This document shows, piece by piece, positions 1 to 9,639 of a DNA stretch of 64,000 bases (the first letter of the stretch is position 1; every line of letters begins with the position of its first letter). Made by a program: the position numbers and the translations under genes. The notes under the pieces are model-generated. The model saw nothing but the letters and a program-made list of their open reading frames with translations, made no database searches and was not told where the DNA came from. The stretch comes from Candidatus Kryptoniota bacterium (GTDB lineage: Bacteria; Bacteroidota; Ignavibacteria; Kryptoniales; JAKASW01). The stretch spans positions 49,009-113,008 of the forward strand of contig DATCTN010000007.1 of the NCBI GenBank assembly GCA_036567965.1, in the 5' to 3' direction.

Positions 1-1
1 G

Positions 2-1204
2 TGCGACTACTTCGGAGTATGCGGCGGGTGTAAATGGCAGCATTTGGAATACACCCAGCAACTGAAATACAAACGGCTGCATGTCGTAGACGCACTTGAA
101 CGAACAGGCGGATTGAAAATCGATGTCGCGGACACCGTGGGTGCAGAAGACACTTACGAATATAGGAACAAACTTGAATTCACCTTTTCCGACAGACCGT
201 TCAGAATAAAAGAGATAGACACAACTCAGGCGGCACTCGGGTTTCACGCGCCTGGTCGCTTTGACAAAGTGATAGATATCGATCACTGTCATCTAGCTGA
301 CGGAAAAATCAACGAGATTCTGAACTGGTTCAAGAAGACAATCGACCCCAATTCGGATTATGTAAGTGAGATGGGACTGAGCATTTACAATTCGAATGCC
401 CATTCCGGTCTGCTGAGGTTTCTTACCATCAGGAAGTCCTTTGCAACAAACGAGTATATGGTAAGTCTGATTGTACTCGAAAAGGATGATCGCGTAGAGA
501 GAATCGCGTCTGATTTGAGGCGAGATCTTGCATTTGTTTCGACTTTCGCTTCCATTGTGAATCCGACGCGTGCACAGGTAGCTTCAGGTGATTTCTGTAA
601 GGTCCATTTCGGGAGCGGATTCATCACGGAAAAGATCGGCGGGTACTCGTTCAGAATATCTCCGCTCTCGTTCTTCCAGACAAATTCTGTTCAAGCCGAA
701 AGATTGTACGATGTGACAAAAGAGGAGATCGGCAAGAAGTGTGGAACGATCTTTGACCTTTACAGCGGGACGGGAAGCATTTCGATTTTTCTTTCGAGCC
801 TTGCTGACCGAATTATAGGGTTTGAGCTCGTTGAATCAGCGGTGAAAGATGCCGCGCAAAACGCTGCGCTGAATCGGGTGGGGAATGTTTCGTTTGTGAG
901 AACGGACCTGCTCGATTTATTCAAAGGAAGAAATCCGCTGGAGAACTTCGAGCAGATGAATCTGCCCCGCCCGGACGTCATTGTACTCGATCCTCCGCGA
1001 AGCGGTCTCCATCCGAAGATCTCTTCGAACCTTCATCTTCTGAGTGCCGAAAGAATTGTCTATGTGAGCTGCAACCCCATGACACAGGCGAGGGACCTCA
1101 AAGATATAGTTTCCCATGGCTACCGAGCTCTTCATGCGAGACCGGTTGATATGTTCCCGCACACGTATCACATCGAGAACATAGTAACGCTTGAGAAGAC
1201 CTGA
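2..1204 (+). CDS. rlmD: 23S rRNA (uracil-5-)-methyltransferase, RumA/RlmD family (5' partial, runs off window start)
   Basis: Frame 2 is open from nt 2 and reads CDYFGVCGGCKWQHL, the RumA-type Fe-S Cys cluster. It also has the SAM motif DLYSGTGSISIF and the C-terminal YVSCNPMTQARDL catalytic-Cys motif. The track ORF 44..1204 is the same frame. Confidence 0.85.
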   Translation, partial: CDYFGVCGGCKWQHLEYTQQLKYKRLHVVDALERTGGLKIDVADTVGAEDTYEYRNKLEFTFSDRPFRIKEIDTTQAALGFHAPGRFDKVIDIDHCHLADGKINEILNWFKKTIDPNSDYVSEMGLSIYNSNAHSGLLRFLTIRKSFATNEYMVSLIVLEKDDRVERIASDLRRDLAFVSTFASIVNPTRAQVASGDFCKVHFGSGFITEKIGGYSFRISPLSFFQTNSVQAERLYDVTKEEIGKKCGTIFDLYSGTGSISIFLSSLADRIIGFELVESAVKDAAQNAALNRVGNVSFVRTDLLDLFKGRNPLENFEQMNLPRPDVIVLDPPRSGLHPKISSNLHLLSAERIVYVSCNPMTQARDLKDIVSHGYRALHARPVDMFPHTYHIENIVTLEKT

Positions 1205-1222
1205 CCCGCCCGTGCTTACCGA

Positions 1223-2413
1223 CTAAACGATCGTCGCCTTCTCCGAGCTCCGCTTTTTTGACGTGATCTGACCGGCATACTGCAGCGCGACAGAGAACAT
1301 TTTATCGAGGTCCACCATCTTCATGCACTCCAGGTCGTACGGGCAGGTTTTCTTCCAGCAGGGAGAACAGAAGAGGTCCTCCGGAATGAATTTAGTACCA
1401 CGATCATATAAGTCAATTTCTGCCGGGCAACTAACGCCGAACCAAACAAGGACGATTTTTTTGAGAGCAATTGCCAGGTGCATCCCATAGCTGTCGCCGG
1501 TTATGACGATGTCCGCCGCGTTCTCATACACAATGCCTTTTCTGATCCCTCCGGTGGTGGGTGTCTTGAATAAACGCGTCAGCAATTGGGGGTTGGCTGC
1601 CACCGCGTCAGAATAAATTTGCTCGTTTCTCTCTGTGTCCTCGCGGCCTCCAAGCAGTAGCATCTTTATGGAACCGATGCCGGAAAACTTTTCGACGAGA
1701 TCTGCGTGCTGCCCAAGCGAGAGCTTTTTGTTTGGGAATAAATTCGAACACCCGGTATTGAATCCAACGACTACCTCATCGTCCCGGATACCGAGCGATT
1801 TCCTGTAAGCGACGGTGAGCGCCTTTTCGTCTTCGGTCAGGTTCAGAACGTACTCGTCACGCTCATACGAAAGCTTGAATGTTTCGGAGAGAATATCCTG
1901 TCCAGTTCGCTGGTTCACTCTGAATTTCATATAGTCGTCGAGACCAAGACGGTAGTTGTACTCCGCCTCTTTATTAAGAGGAATGATGTGTCCGAGTTCA
2001 TTCATCCCGAAACCGAGCTTCTCCTTCGCTTTCAATTTCATTGTGAGGGCACCTGATCGTCTCGATTTGTCCGCATTAAGTATCAGGTCGAATTTCAGTC
2101 CCTGTAATATCAACCAGTCTTCTGGGTCCCAAACAAATACCTCATCGATCAGCGGATTCTCCTGCAGAAGGGGGACGGCTGACTCCAGCGTAAGCCAGGC
2201 GATGTAACTGTCCGGGTATTTTCGTTTTATGGGCTCAAGCTGGGCGGTCGTCATCAACACATCGCCCATCGCGTCGAGATTAATGATGAGGATCCTTGTG
2301 CCAAAAGGTTTGTCGGGATAAGAACAACTTTCGTAGCACGTTTTGTAGGGGATGCAGGGCTTATAGCCGCTGAAACGTTGGCAGTCAGGCGTCTTCATTT
2401 TAAATGATGCCAT
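1223..2413 (-). CDS. Glycosyltransferase family 9 (LPS heptosyltransferase-like)
   Basis: 396-aa ORF with INLDAMGDVLMTT near the N-terminus and ITGDSYGMHLAIAL, the GT9 DSGxMHLA-type motif. An alternative start is ATG 2398 (MKTPDC...). Confidence 0.8.
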   Translation of the reverse strand: MASFKMKTPDCQRFSGYKPCIPYKTCYESCSYPDKPFGTRILIINLDAMGDVLMTTAQLEPIKRKYPDSYIAWLTLESAVPLLQENPLIDEVFVWDPEDWLILQGLKFDLILNADKSRRSGALTMKLKAKEKLGFGMNELGHIIPLNKEAEYNYRLGLDDYMKFRVNQRTGQDILSETFKLSYERDEYVLNLTEDEKALTVAYRKSLGIRDDEVVVGFNTGCSNLFPNKKLSLGQHADLVEKFSGIGSIKMLLLGGREDTERNEQIYSDAVAANPQLLTRLFKTPTTGGIRKGIVYENAADIVITGDSYGMHLAIALKKIVLVWFGVSCPAEIDLYDRGTKFIPEDLFCSPCWKKTCPYDLECMKMVDLDKMFSVALQYAGQITSKKRSSEKATIV

Positions 2414-3485
2414 CGGCTCTTCGAACTCCTTGTAGGATTTTCGTTATTAGTTTTTCCACTCTCTCGTATACCGTGCGTGCCTCGAGCTCAGTCATGCACG
2501 GATTACCGATCGGGCACTTTATGAGATTGCATTCGAGGCAATCGAGCGATTCCTTCCGAATGATTTCTGATGTGTTTCCGTACGGTCCCTGGAGGTGCGG
2601 GCTGGTCGGACCGAATATAGCCGCCGTCGGCACGTTAAGCGCGGCGGCAATGTGCATGGGTCCTGAATCGTTTGTGACGAGGAGAAGTGACTGTTCCATG
2701 ATCGCACCCATTTGATGAAGACTCGTTGGAGGTGCAAGAAACGCTCCGGCCAATTTGGAAATCAGTGCGGCTTCAGCACTTTCGGCAGGACCGTACAGAA
2801 CAACCACGGGCAAATTCAGTCCTTTAGCTATGAGTTTACAAAGTTCTACGATCTTGTCCCTTTTCCATCTCTTAATCTCCCAGCCGCCGCCAATGTTAAC
2901 CGTTACGTACCCGCGGAAAGAGAGGGCCTGCGTCCGCAGGAAGTTAGAAGCAAAGTTTTTCGATCTATCGTCGAGGACAAAAATTGGCTTCTTGTGAGTT
3001 GGTTCGATTCCGATTCGACGAAGCGCGTCAAGGTTGAACTCCACATTATGAACTCTGTCTCCGCGGGGAATCACCCTGATGTTGTAAGCGTACTTCCTCC
3101 ACTTGAAGGGGTATCCGACTCGGTATCTCGCTCCGGACGTCATGGTCAAGATTGCCGTTCTTGGATTCGAGAACAGATCAAAAGTTATGTCGTACTTCTC
3201 TTTTCTCAGTCGCATGATAAGCTTGATCGGGGAATCTGTCCTGGCGTCGTATTCGATGACCTTGTTCAGGAACGGGTTATTGTCCAGAACGGGTGAGGCA
3301 AATCTCTCAACAAGAAAGTCGATGGTCGCTCCCGGGAAGGCGTCATGAAGATTCGGGAGGACCGGTGTCGAAAGAAGCACGTCGCCGATGGCGCGTGGCT
3401 TCATCACCAGGATTTTGCTGATTCCGGCTTTCTCGACAATGATTTTCTCCATGAACGCTCTGAAAATATAAGCATACCATCTCAC
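2400..3485 (-). CDS. Glycosyltransferase family 9 (LPS heptosyltransferase-like)
   Basis: 361-aa ORF with KPRAIGDVLLSTPVL and VTNDSGPMHIAAAL, both GT9 hallmarks. An alternative start is ATG 3452 (MEKIIVEK...). Confidence 0.85.
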   Translation of the reverse strand: MRWYAYIFRAFMEKIIVEKAGISKILVMKPRAIGDVLLSTPVLPNLHDAFPGATIDFLVERFASPVLDNNPFLNKVIEYDARTDSPIKLIMRLRKEKYDITFDLFSNPRTAILTMTSGARYRVGYPFKWRKYAYNIRVIPRGDRVHNVEFNLDALRRIGIEPTHKKPIFVLDDRSKNFASNFLRTQALSFRGYVTVNIGGGWEIKRWKRDKIVELCKLIAKGLNLPVVVLYGPAESAEAALISKLAGAFLAPPTSLHQMGAIMEQSLLLVTNDSGPMHIAAALNVPTAAIFGPTSPHLQGPYGNTSEIIRKESLDCLECNLIKCPIGNPCMTELEARTVYERVEKLITKILQGVRRADGII

Positions 3486-3520
3486 TTGAAAAATAATAAA
3501 ATCCCCGATACATTTTAGCG

Positions 3521-4447
3521 ATGAGAATAACTGTTCTTTCTTTGGTGCTATTTCTGACGGGGAATGCGGGCGCTCAAACGGCGTTCGAGTTCTTGAACCT
3601 TGATGTCAGTGCGAGGCAGGCCTCGCTCGCTGGAAGTTTAATGACGGGTTCCGAGGATCCTACCGCGTTCTACTACAACCCAGCCCTCTCCGTTTCCGCA
3701 GCAAACCGTGCCGTGACTTTCGGTTTCCTCAAGCACGTCCTCGACATCAATGCAGGATATGTTTTTTCAACTTTCAGTCTTGCATCGAAAGGTTACTTCG
3801 GGGTCGGCATCGGGTATATCAACTATGGGACTTTCACTTCGACAGACGAGTTCGGGAATGAATACGGCACATTCAGTGCCGGTGACGCGATGATAACTCT
3901 GAATTACGCCAACTTCCTTGGCGACAATTTCAGTTACGGCGTAAATTTGAAAGGGATATACTCATCGATTGCTTCCGCGACCTCCACCGCTTTGGCGGCA
4001 GATGTCGGATTGTACTACGATTTCCCGGACAACCTCTTTGGAGTTGGCTTCTCTGTACGTAACATCGGAAAGCAGTTGAGCGAGTACGGCTCCACAGAGG
4101 AGTCCCTTCCATTTGACGTAAGGTTCGGAATATCGAAGCAACTCGAGCATCTCCCGCTTACTCTGAGCGTTGCATTGCAGAGACTTGGTGATTCCAATTT
4201 AAGCGGGAACGACAAGCTCCGGTCGTTTGTGATCGGAGCGGAAATTGCGCTCTCCGAAACTTTTCATTTGCGTGCTGGTTACGATAACCTGGAGCACAGG
4301 GAGATGAAAGTGGGCCTGAGTTCCGGTATTGAGGGATTGTCGTTCGGTCTCGGCCTGAAACTGTATGGATACGGTTTCGACTACGCGTTCTCATCGTGGG
4401 GAAAGATCGGCGCGCTCAACCGCATAAACGTCACCACGACATTTTGA
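3521..4447 (+). CDS. PorV/PorQ-family outer-membrane beta-barrel protein (T9SS-associated family)
   Basis: Signal peptide MRITVLSLVLFLTGNAGAQ followed by FEFLNLDVSARQASLAG. Alternating aromatic/Gly beta-strand pattern and a C-terminal F. The family assignment is from memory of that N-terminal motif. Confidence 0.6.
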   Translation: MRITVLSLVLFLTGNAGAQTAFEFLNLDVSARQASLAGSLMTGSEDPTAFYYNPALSVSAANRAVTFGFLKHVLDINAGYVFSTFSLASKGYFGVGIGYINYGTFTSTDEFGNEYGTFSAGDAMITLNYANFLGDNFSYGVNLKGIYSSIASATSTALAADVGLYYDFPDNLFGVGFSVRNIGKQLSEYGSTEESLPFDVRFGISKQLEHLPLTLSVALQRLGDSNLSGNDKLRSFVIGAEIALSETFHLRAGYDNLEHREMKVGLSSGIEGLSFGLGLKLYGYGFDYAFSSWGKIGALNRINVTTTF

Positions 4448-4563
4448 CCATATAGAATCGCACTCACGTCACCGTTGTTGTACGCCGGTTTTTATCAGGC
4501 GTCCGTGGGAAGTCAGACACCGGCAGCATCATCCGTTGATATTCCAACGTCAGGGAGATTAGA

Positions 4564-5631
4564 ATGCCGAGAACGCGCGAACATCTTATAGTTGTAGTCA
4601 ATACCGGCTCCACATCCACCAAGCTCGCATTGTATAAGAATGATGCGCTTGTATCCGCCGCGACCATCGTGCACACACCGGCGGAATTGGAGAAGTTTGG
4701 AAGTATTTGGGATCAGTTTGATTTCAGGGCGAAGATCGCAACGGAGTGGGTCAGGGCGCTTAAGAAAACTCCGTCAGCTGTTGTAGGAGTTGGCGGGCTC
4801 CTGAAACCGGTCGCAGGCGGCACCTATCTTGTGAATGACAGCATGGTACAGGACGCGAAGGCTAATCTTCAGGGTGAACACGCTTCAAATCTCGGCTGTG
4901 CGATAGCTCAGCTTGTCGCGCAGAAATTCAGCTGTCACGCTTTCGTCGTTGATCCCGTTTCAGTGGACGAGTTCGAGACTCTTGCCCGTTATTCCGGTCA
5001 TCCGCTGATTAAACGACATAGTCTTTCCCACGCCTTGAACATACACGCTGTCGCCCGGACTGCCGCAGCCAGACTCAGAAAAAATCTTTCGAAGACAAAT
5101 TTCATCGTGGCTCACCTCGGCGGCGGCATATCTGTCGCCACAGTGGTGGGCGGAAGAATTGTCGACTCCAATGACGCGTCGGGCGAAGGTCCTTTTACAC
5201 CAGAGCGCACCGGCAGCCTGCCACTCCAGCAATTCATGGGCGTATGCTTCTCAGGTGACTTTTCCAGCCATGAAGTGAGATCAGTTGTTATGGGCAAGGG
5301 TGGCTTGGTTGCGTATCTCGGCACTAATTCCGGGCGGGAGGTGGAAGAGAAGATCAGGAAGAAAGATCGTGAAGCGGAGACTGTTTATCGTGCGATGGCG
5401 TATCAGATATCCAAAGAAATTGGCGCAATGTCGACCGTGGTAAACGGAAAACTAAATGCGATAATACTGACAGGAGGACTTGCCCATTCCAGATCGCTTG
5501 TCAGGTGGATCAAAAAAAGAATCTCGTTCATTGCGGAGGTCCTGGTTTATCCGGGAGGAGATGAAATGAAAAGCATGGCGATGGGAGCTCTCCGGGTCCT
5601 TCGGGGCCAGCAAGAAGCACTGGAGTACTGA
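4564..5631 (+). CDS. buk: Butyrate kinase
   Basis: VVNTGSTSTKLALY (ASKHA phosphate-1 motif) and AHLGGGISV. Length 355 aa. SD GGAG lies 7 nt upstream of the ATG. Confidence 0.88.
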   Translation: MPRTREHLIVVVNTGSTSTKLALYKNDALVSAATIVHTPAELEKFGSIWDQFDFRAKIATEWVRALKKTPSAVVGVGGLLKPVAGGTYLVNDSMVQDAKANLQGEHASNLGCAIAQLVAQKFSCHAFVVDPVSVDEFETLARYSGHPLIKRHSLSHALNIHAVARTAAARLRKNLSKTNFIVAHLGGGISVATVVGGRIVDSNDASGEGPFTPERTGSLPLQQFMGVCFSGDFSSHEVRSVVMGKGGLVAYLGTNSGREVEEKIRKKDREAETVYRAMAYQISKEIGAMSTVVNGKLNAIILTGGLAHSRSLVRWIKKRISFIAEVLVYPGGDEMKSMAMGALRVLRGQQEALEY

Positions 5632-6563
5632 TGAAAAGAAACGTTATATGGAACTTTGACGATCTTCTGAATGTCGCACGCAGTCTGCCGGCAAAGACAA
5701 TCGCGGTGATTTACCCCAGGAGCGAAGAGACCTACAACAGCATTCGCGACGCGTCCAAATCGTTGAAAGCGAAATTCATTTTGTATTGTGACGAGTCCTC
5801 ATCATCCGGGGCAGCAGGATTGGTGAACAAAGAAGAAATCCAGGCGGAAATCGTTATCGTTCATGACGCAGTCGAGGCCGTCACTAAAGCGGTTGAAAAA
5901 GCCGGAAGCAACCGATACGACATACTCATGAAAGGGGACGTCGACACGGGAACGATGATGAGAGTCGTTCTTCAGGAATCGAGCAGCTTGAGAACGGGAA
6001 AACTCCTGAGCGACATATTCGTTCTCGAATATCAGTCGCGAACCGACAACAAGTTCGTGATGATAACGGACGGCGGGATGACGCTCGCTCCCGACCTCAA
6101 AAATAAAGTGGAGCTCATAGACAACGCAGTTGAGGTGGCCCATGCTTTGGGGAATGAACTTCCTAAAGTCGCCATCCTTTCAGCGACAGAATTTGTTCTC
6201 CCGAACCTTCAATCTACTCTTGACGCCGCGGCATTGTCGAAGATGAATGAGAGAGGTCAGATAAAGGGCTGCGTTGTTGACGGACCGTTGGCTCTCGACA
6301 ACGCGCTGTCGCCGGAAGCGGCCGCCGAAAAATCTATTAACTCGGCTGTTGCGGGAAGAGCTGAAATCCTTGTCGCGGCGAATATCGAATCAGCAAACAG
6401 CCTGGCGAAGAGCACAACTTACTTCGCGGGATTGAGACTGGCGCATGTGATAGTGGGCGCGAGACTGCCAATATTGATCCCCTCACGATCCGACAAGAGC
6501 GATGCAAAACTGCTGTCGATCGCGCTGGGAATCGTCATGAGCGAGCATTTTCAATTTCATTAA
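5631..6563 (+). CDS. ptb: Phosphate butyryltransferase / phosphate acetyltransferase family
   Basis: 310 aa, PTA_PTB-like with GDVDTGTMMR, DGPLALDNALS and IPSRSD. TGATG 1-nt overlap with buk. Confidence 0.8.
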   Translation: MKRNVIWNFDDLLNVARSLPAKTIAVIYPRSEETYNSIRDASKSLKAKFILYCDESSSSGAAGLVNKEEIQAEIVIVHDAVEAVTKAVEKAGSNRYDILMKGDVDTGTMMRVVLQESSSLRTGKLLSDIFVLEYQSRTDNKFVMITDGGMTLAPDLKNKVELIDNAVEVAHALGNELPKVAILSATEFVLPNLQSTLDAAALSKMNERGQIKGCVVDGPLALDNALSPEAAAEKSINSAVAGRAEILVAANIESANSLAKSTTYFAGLRLAHVIVGARLPILIPSRSDKSDAKLLSIALGIVMSEHFQFH

Positions 6564-6629
6564 GTCTATTCCGAATCCACAAAATCGAACTCCTTTGACG
6601 GTTGAAATTCACGATCGTGGTGGATACAT

Positions 6630-7424
6630 TTGAATCGGAGCATGAACAGTAAAGTATCTTTCATATCGCGACTTCTCTGGTCCAACCTGGCGAGAAAATT
6701 CTATCTCGCTCTCGTGATCCTGATCTTTCTATTCTCGTTAATGAACTGGATTGTAATGCCATGGTACGTTAAGGGGAGCGGGATAGTAACGGTACCTGAG
6801 TTGACCGGGCTGACGATGTTTGACGCGAAGACAGCCCTTGATTCGCTCGGTCTCCAGCTCCAGCTGGGAGGAATGAAACCCAGCAAGCTCCCATCGAATA
6901 CCGTGTTGTCTCAAAACCCCGAGTCAGGTACGACTGTGAAACGGGGGAGAAGAGTTTATCTTATCGTAAGTGGTGGGGTCGAGAAATCGAGTGTACCCGA
7001 TCTCCGCGGCCGGTCCGAAAGGGAAGCGCAGTTTATGCTGGAGCGCGGAGGATTTAAACTCGGCGACGTAACGTCCGACACTTCAAGCAACCTTCCTCAG
7101 GACGTGGTGATATCGCAATCGATTCCTCCTAACACCGTCGCGGCAGCCGGGACGCAAGTGTCCCTCCTTGTCTCTGCCGGTGCGCCCGAATCGGGTGAAG
7201 TTTCTGTCCCGAATATTGTGGGAAAACCGCTCTCCGAAGCTCAACGGATAATATCGAACAATAATCTTCAACTCGGCAAGATTACATTTCAACCGAGCAG
7301 GAAACTCGTCCCCAACACAGTTCTTGAGCAATATCCACGCGCCGAGGAATTCGTTCAGAAAGGGACTAAAGTCGACCTGTTCGTCTCATCCATTTCCAAC
7401 CAGAAACAAGGACCTGAGAACTGA
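6630..7424 (+). CDS. Membrane-anchored protein with three PASTA repeats (no kinase or transpeptidase domain)
   Basis: An N-terminal TM (FYLALVILIFLFSLMNWIV) is followed by three ~65-aa repeats, each beginning V-P-(E/D/N)-L/I-x-G (VPELTGLT, VPDLRGRS, VPNIVGKP). The start is TTG 6630 or ATG 6642. Confidence 0.75.
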   Translation: MNRSMNSKVSFISRLLWSNLARKFYLALVILIFLFSLMNWIVMPWYVKGSGIVTVPELTGLTMFDAKTALDSLGLQLQLGGMKPSKLPSNTVLSQNPESGTTVKRGRRVYLIVSGGVEKSSVPDLRGRSEREAQFMLERGGFKLGDVTSDTSSNLPQDVVISQSIPPNTVAAAGTQVSLLVSAGAPESGEVSVPNIVGKPLSEAQRIISNNNLQLGKITFQPSRKLVPNTVLEQYPRAEEFVQKGTKVDLFVSSISNQKQGPEN

Positions 7425-8068
7425 TGGCGTTAGTCGCCCCGTCACTTTTGAATGCCGATTTCTCGGTGCTTGGAGAGCAGATCAAGCTCGCTGAAAGAGG
7501 CGGTGCGGACTGGATCCATCTCGATGTGATGGACGGTCATTTCGTTCCTAACATCACATTCGGACCGATGATCGTGTCGGCGGTCAACGGGATTACGGAT
7601 AAGTTTCTAGATGTTCACCTCATGATTGAGAACGCGGATCTTTACATAGGTGATTTTGTAAAAGCGGGTGCAGATTCGATCACGGTACATTATGAAGCAG
7701 TCGTCCATCTTAACAGGACAGTGAATCTTATCAAGGAACTTGGAGTGAAAGCCGGTGTGGCTCTAAATCCTTCCACACCAGTCAGCGTGCTCAGTGAAAT
7801 AATTCATGATGCGGATCTTATCCTGATCCTCTCAGTAAATCCGGGATTCGGCGGTCAGAAGTTCATCGAGAATTCCTATCGGAAATTGTCGGAAGTGAGA
7901 GCGCTCATACCGAAAGGCAGAAAGATCCAGATTGAAGTTGACGGCGGGGTTTCGCCGGATAATGCGCGAAAGCTTGTGAAGTCAGGTGCAACCGTTCTGG
8001 TCGCGGGAACTTCAATTTTCAAGTCCAACGACGTGCCCGGTACAATCAGGAAACTTAAGTCTGCCTGA
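7424..8068 (+). CDS. rpe: Ribulose-phosphate 3-epimerase
   Basis: APSLLNADF, HLDVMDGHFVPN, VNPGFGGQKF and EVDGG motifs. TGATG overlap with the PASTA gene. Confidence 0.93.
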   Translation: MALVAPSLLNADFSVLGEQIKLAERGGADWIHLDVMDGHFVPNITFGPMIVSAVNGITDKFLDVHLMIENADLYIGDFVKAGADSITVHYEAVVHLNRTVNLIKELGVKAGVALNPSTPVSVLSEIIHDADLILILSVNPGFGGQKFIENSYRKLSEVRALIPKGRKIQIEVDGGVSPDNARKLVKSGATVLVAGTSIFKSNDVPGTIRKLKSA

Positions 8069-8237
8069 TCATTTCAGATTGACCGTTCTCTGACGAAACA
8101 ATTCGGATGCTCCTCGCTTTATAGCCGATTGAAATCCGGAATTCTAATCTAAGAAATTGACAATTATCTGTGTGAATTCTCCAATGATCGATTGTACTTC
8201 GCCGTAATGTGGTGCAAGGTAAAGGACAAAACAACTG

Positions 8238-9602
8238 TTGAATGACAAAAGAATAAGGATCGCCTCTGGTCAAGGATACTGGGGAGACCTCCCTCAAGCG
8301 CCATTCTGGCAAGTGACTAAAGGTCCGGTGGACTATCTGGTGATGGATTATCTGGCTGAAGTGACGATGTCGATCCTGCAGAAGCAAAGGTCCCGAGATC
8401 CGAAGCTTGGATATGCGAAGGACTTGATTCAAGTAATGGAACAAATTCTGCCGATTGCGATGGAAAAGAACATAAAGATCGTGACGAACGGCGGAGGTGT
8501 CAATCCTCAGTCGTGTCGCGACGCGATTTTTGAAATAGCACGAAAGAAATCCATTCGTGGTTTAAAGATCGGTGTCGTTTGCGGAGATGATATCCTGGCA
8601 CAGTTGGATGGGCTCCTGTCGTCGGAAAATGTTCTGCGCAATATGGAGACGGGTCAGAGCATTGCGACTATCCGTCAGCGTGTTCAGAGTGCGAACGTGT
8701 ATTTCGGAGCATTCCCGATCGCTCATGCACTGGCACAGGGCGCCCACGTTGTACTTACCGGGCGCGCTACAGACACCGGGCTAACCCTCGCCCCGATGAT
8801 TCATGAGTTTGGCTGGAAAGAATCCGATTTTGATAAACTCGCGGCGGGAATTGTTGCCGGACACATCCTCGAGTGCGGCGGGCAGTCTTCCGGCGGTAAT
8901 TACCTTAAAGACTGGCGCGCCGTCCCTGATCTTGCCAATATCGGTTTCCCCATAGTCGAAGCGTTTGCTGATGGAACCTTCGTCGTAACTAAACACCAAA
9001 ATACCGGCGGTCTTGTGTCGGTCGATACGATCAAGGAACAACTTCTCTATGAAATAGGAAATCCTGAGGAGTACATCACTCCCGAAGTCGTTGCGGATTT
9101 CACAACAATCAGGCTCGAGTCGGATGGAGCTAACAGGGTAAAGGTATCGGGCGTGAAAGGAAAACCACCTACGGATTTCTATAAGGTCTCACTGGCATAT
9201 TCCGATGGATACTATGCGGCCGGCACCTTGACCTATGGATGGCCTGACGCGATTGAAAAAGCGAAGGCTGCGGACGGAATTATGCGGCGGCGGTTGAGCG
9301 ACCTGGGATTCAAGTACGATGAATTCACGACTGAATTCCTCGGGTACAATTCGTGTCACGGTCCATTGAGCCCCATCCCTCCTGAACAGAACGAAGTAGT
9401 CCTGAGAGTTGCGGTGAGAAGTCACGACTGGGAATCAGTCGATGCCTTCGGACGGCAGCTGGTACCTCTTGTACTGACGGGTCCTCCGACCGTGACCGGT
9501 TTCGGTTTGGGAAGACCGAAGCCGCAGGAAGTTGTGGCTTACTGGCCCGCGTTGATTCAAAAGAAATTAGTTAAGCCGGTCGTAGAGGTTACTGCGGTAT
9601 GA
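8238..9602 (+). CDS. AtuA-family protein (DUF1446), N-terminal/major part of a split AtuA
   Basis: 454 aa with IRIASGQGYWGD and DYLVMDYLAEVTMSIL, matching the AtuA/DUF1446 N-terminal pattern. In-frame TTG start. Confidence 0.7.
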   Translation: MNDKRIRIASGQGYWGDLPQAPFWQVTKGPVDYLVMDYLAEVTMSILQKQRSRDPKLGYAKDLIQVMEQILPIAMEKNIKIVTNGGGVNPQSCRDAIFEIARKKSIRGLKIGVVCGDDILAQLDGLLSSENVLRNMETGQSIATIRQRVQSANVYFGAFPIAHALAQGAHVVLTGRATDTGLTLAPMIHEFGWKESDFDKLAAGIVAGHILECGGQSSGGNYLKDWRAVPDLANIGFPIVEAFADGTFVVTKHQNTGGLVSVDTIKEQLLYEIGNPEEYITPEVVADFTTIRLESDGANRVKVSGVKGKPPTDFYKVSLAYSDGYYAAGTLTYGWPDAIEKAKAADGIMRRRLSDLGFKYDEFTTEFLGYNSCHGPLSPIPPEQNEVVLRVAVRSHDWESVDAFGRQLVPLVLTGPPTVTGFGLGRPKPQEVVAYWPALIQKKLVKPVVEVTAV

Positions 9603-9639
9603 CATCTCTCGCTTGGCTTCAAGCATCGGATTCATCGTT

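Noticed and set aside
3001-3011. GGTTCGATTCC, a tRNA T-loop-like string.
   Set aside because: The flanking bases do not form a proper T-stem or acceptor stem, and it lies inside a well-supported GT9 coding region. No tRNA is called.
8247-8258. The 12-mer AATAAGGATCGC, shared between the AtuA start region and 16912-16923.
   Set aside because: Over a hundred chance 12-mer repeats are expected in a window of this size. There is no extended similarity around either copy.
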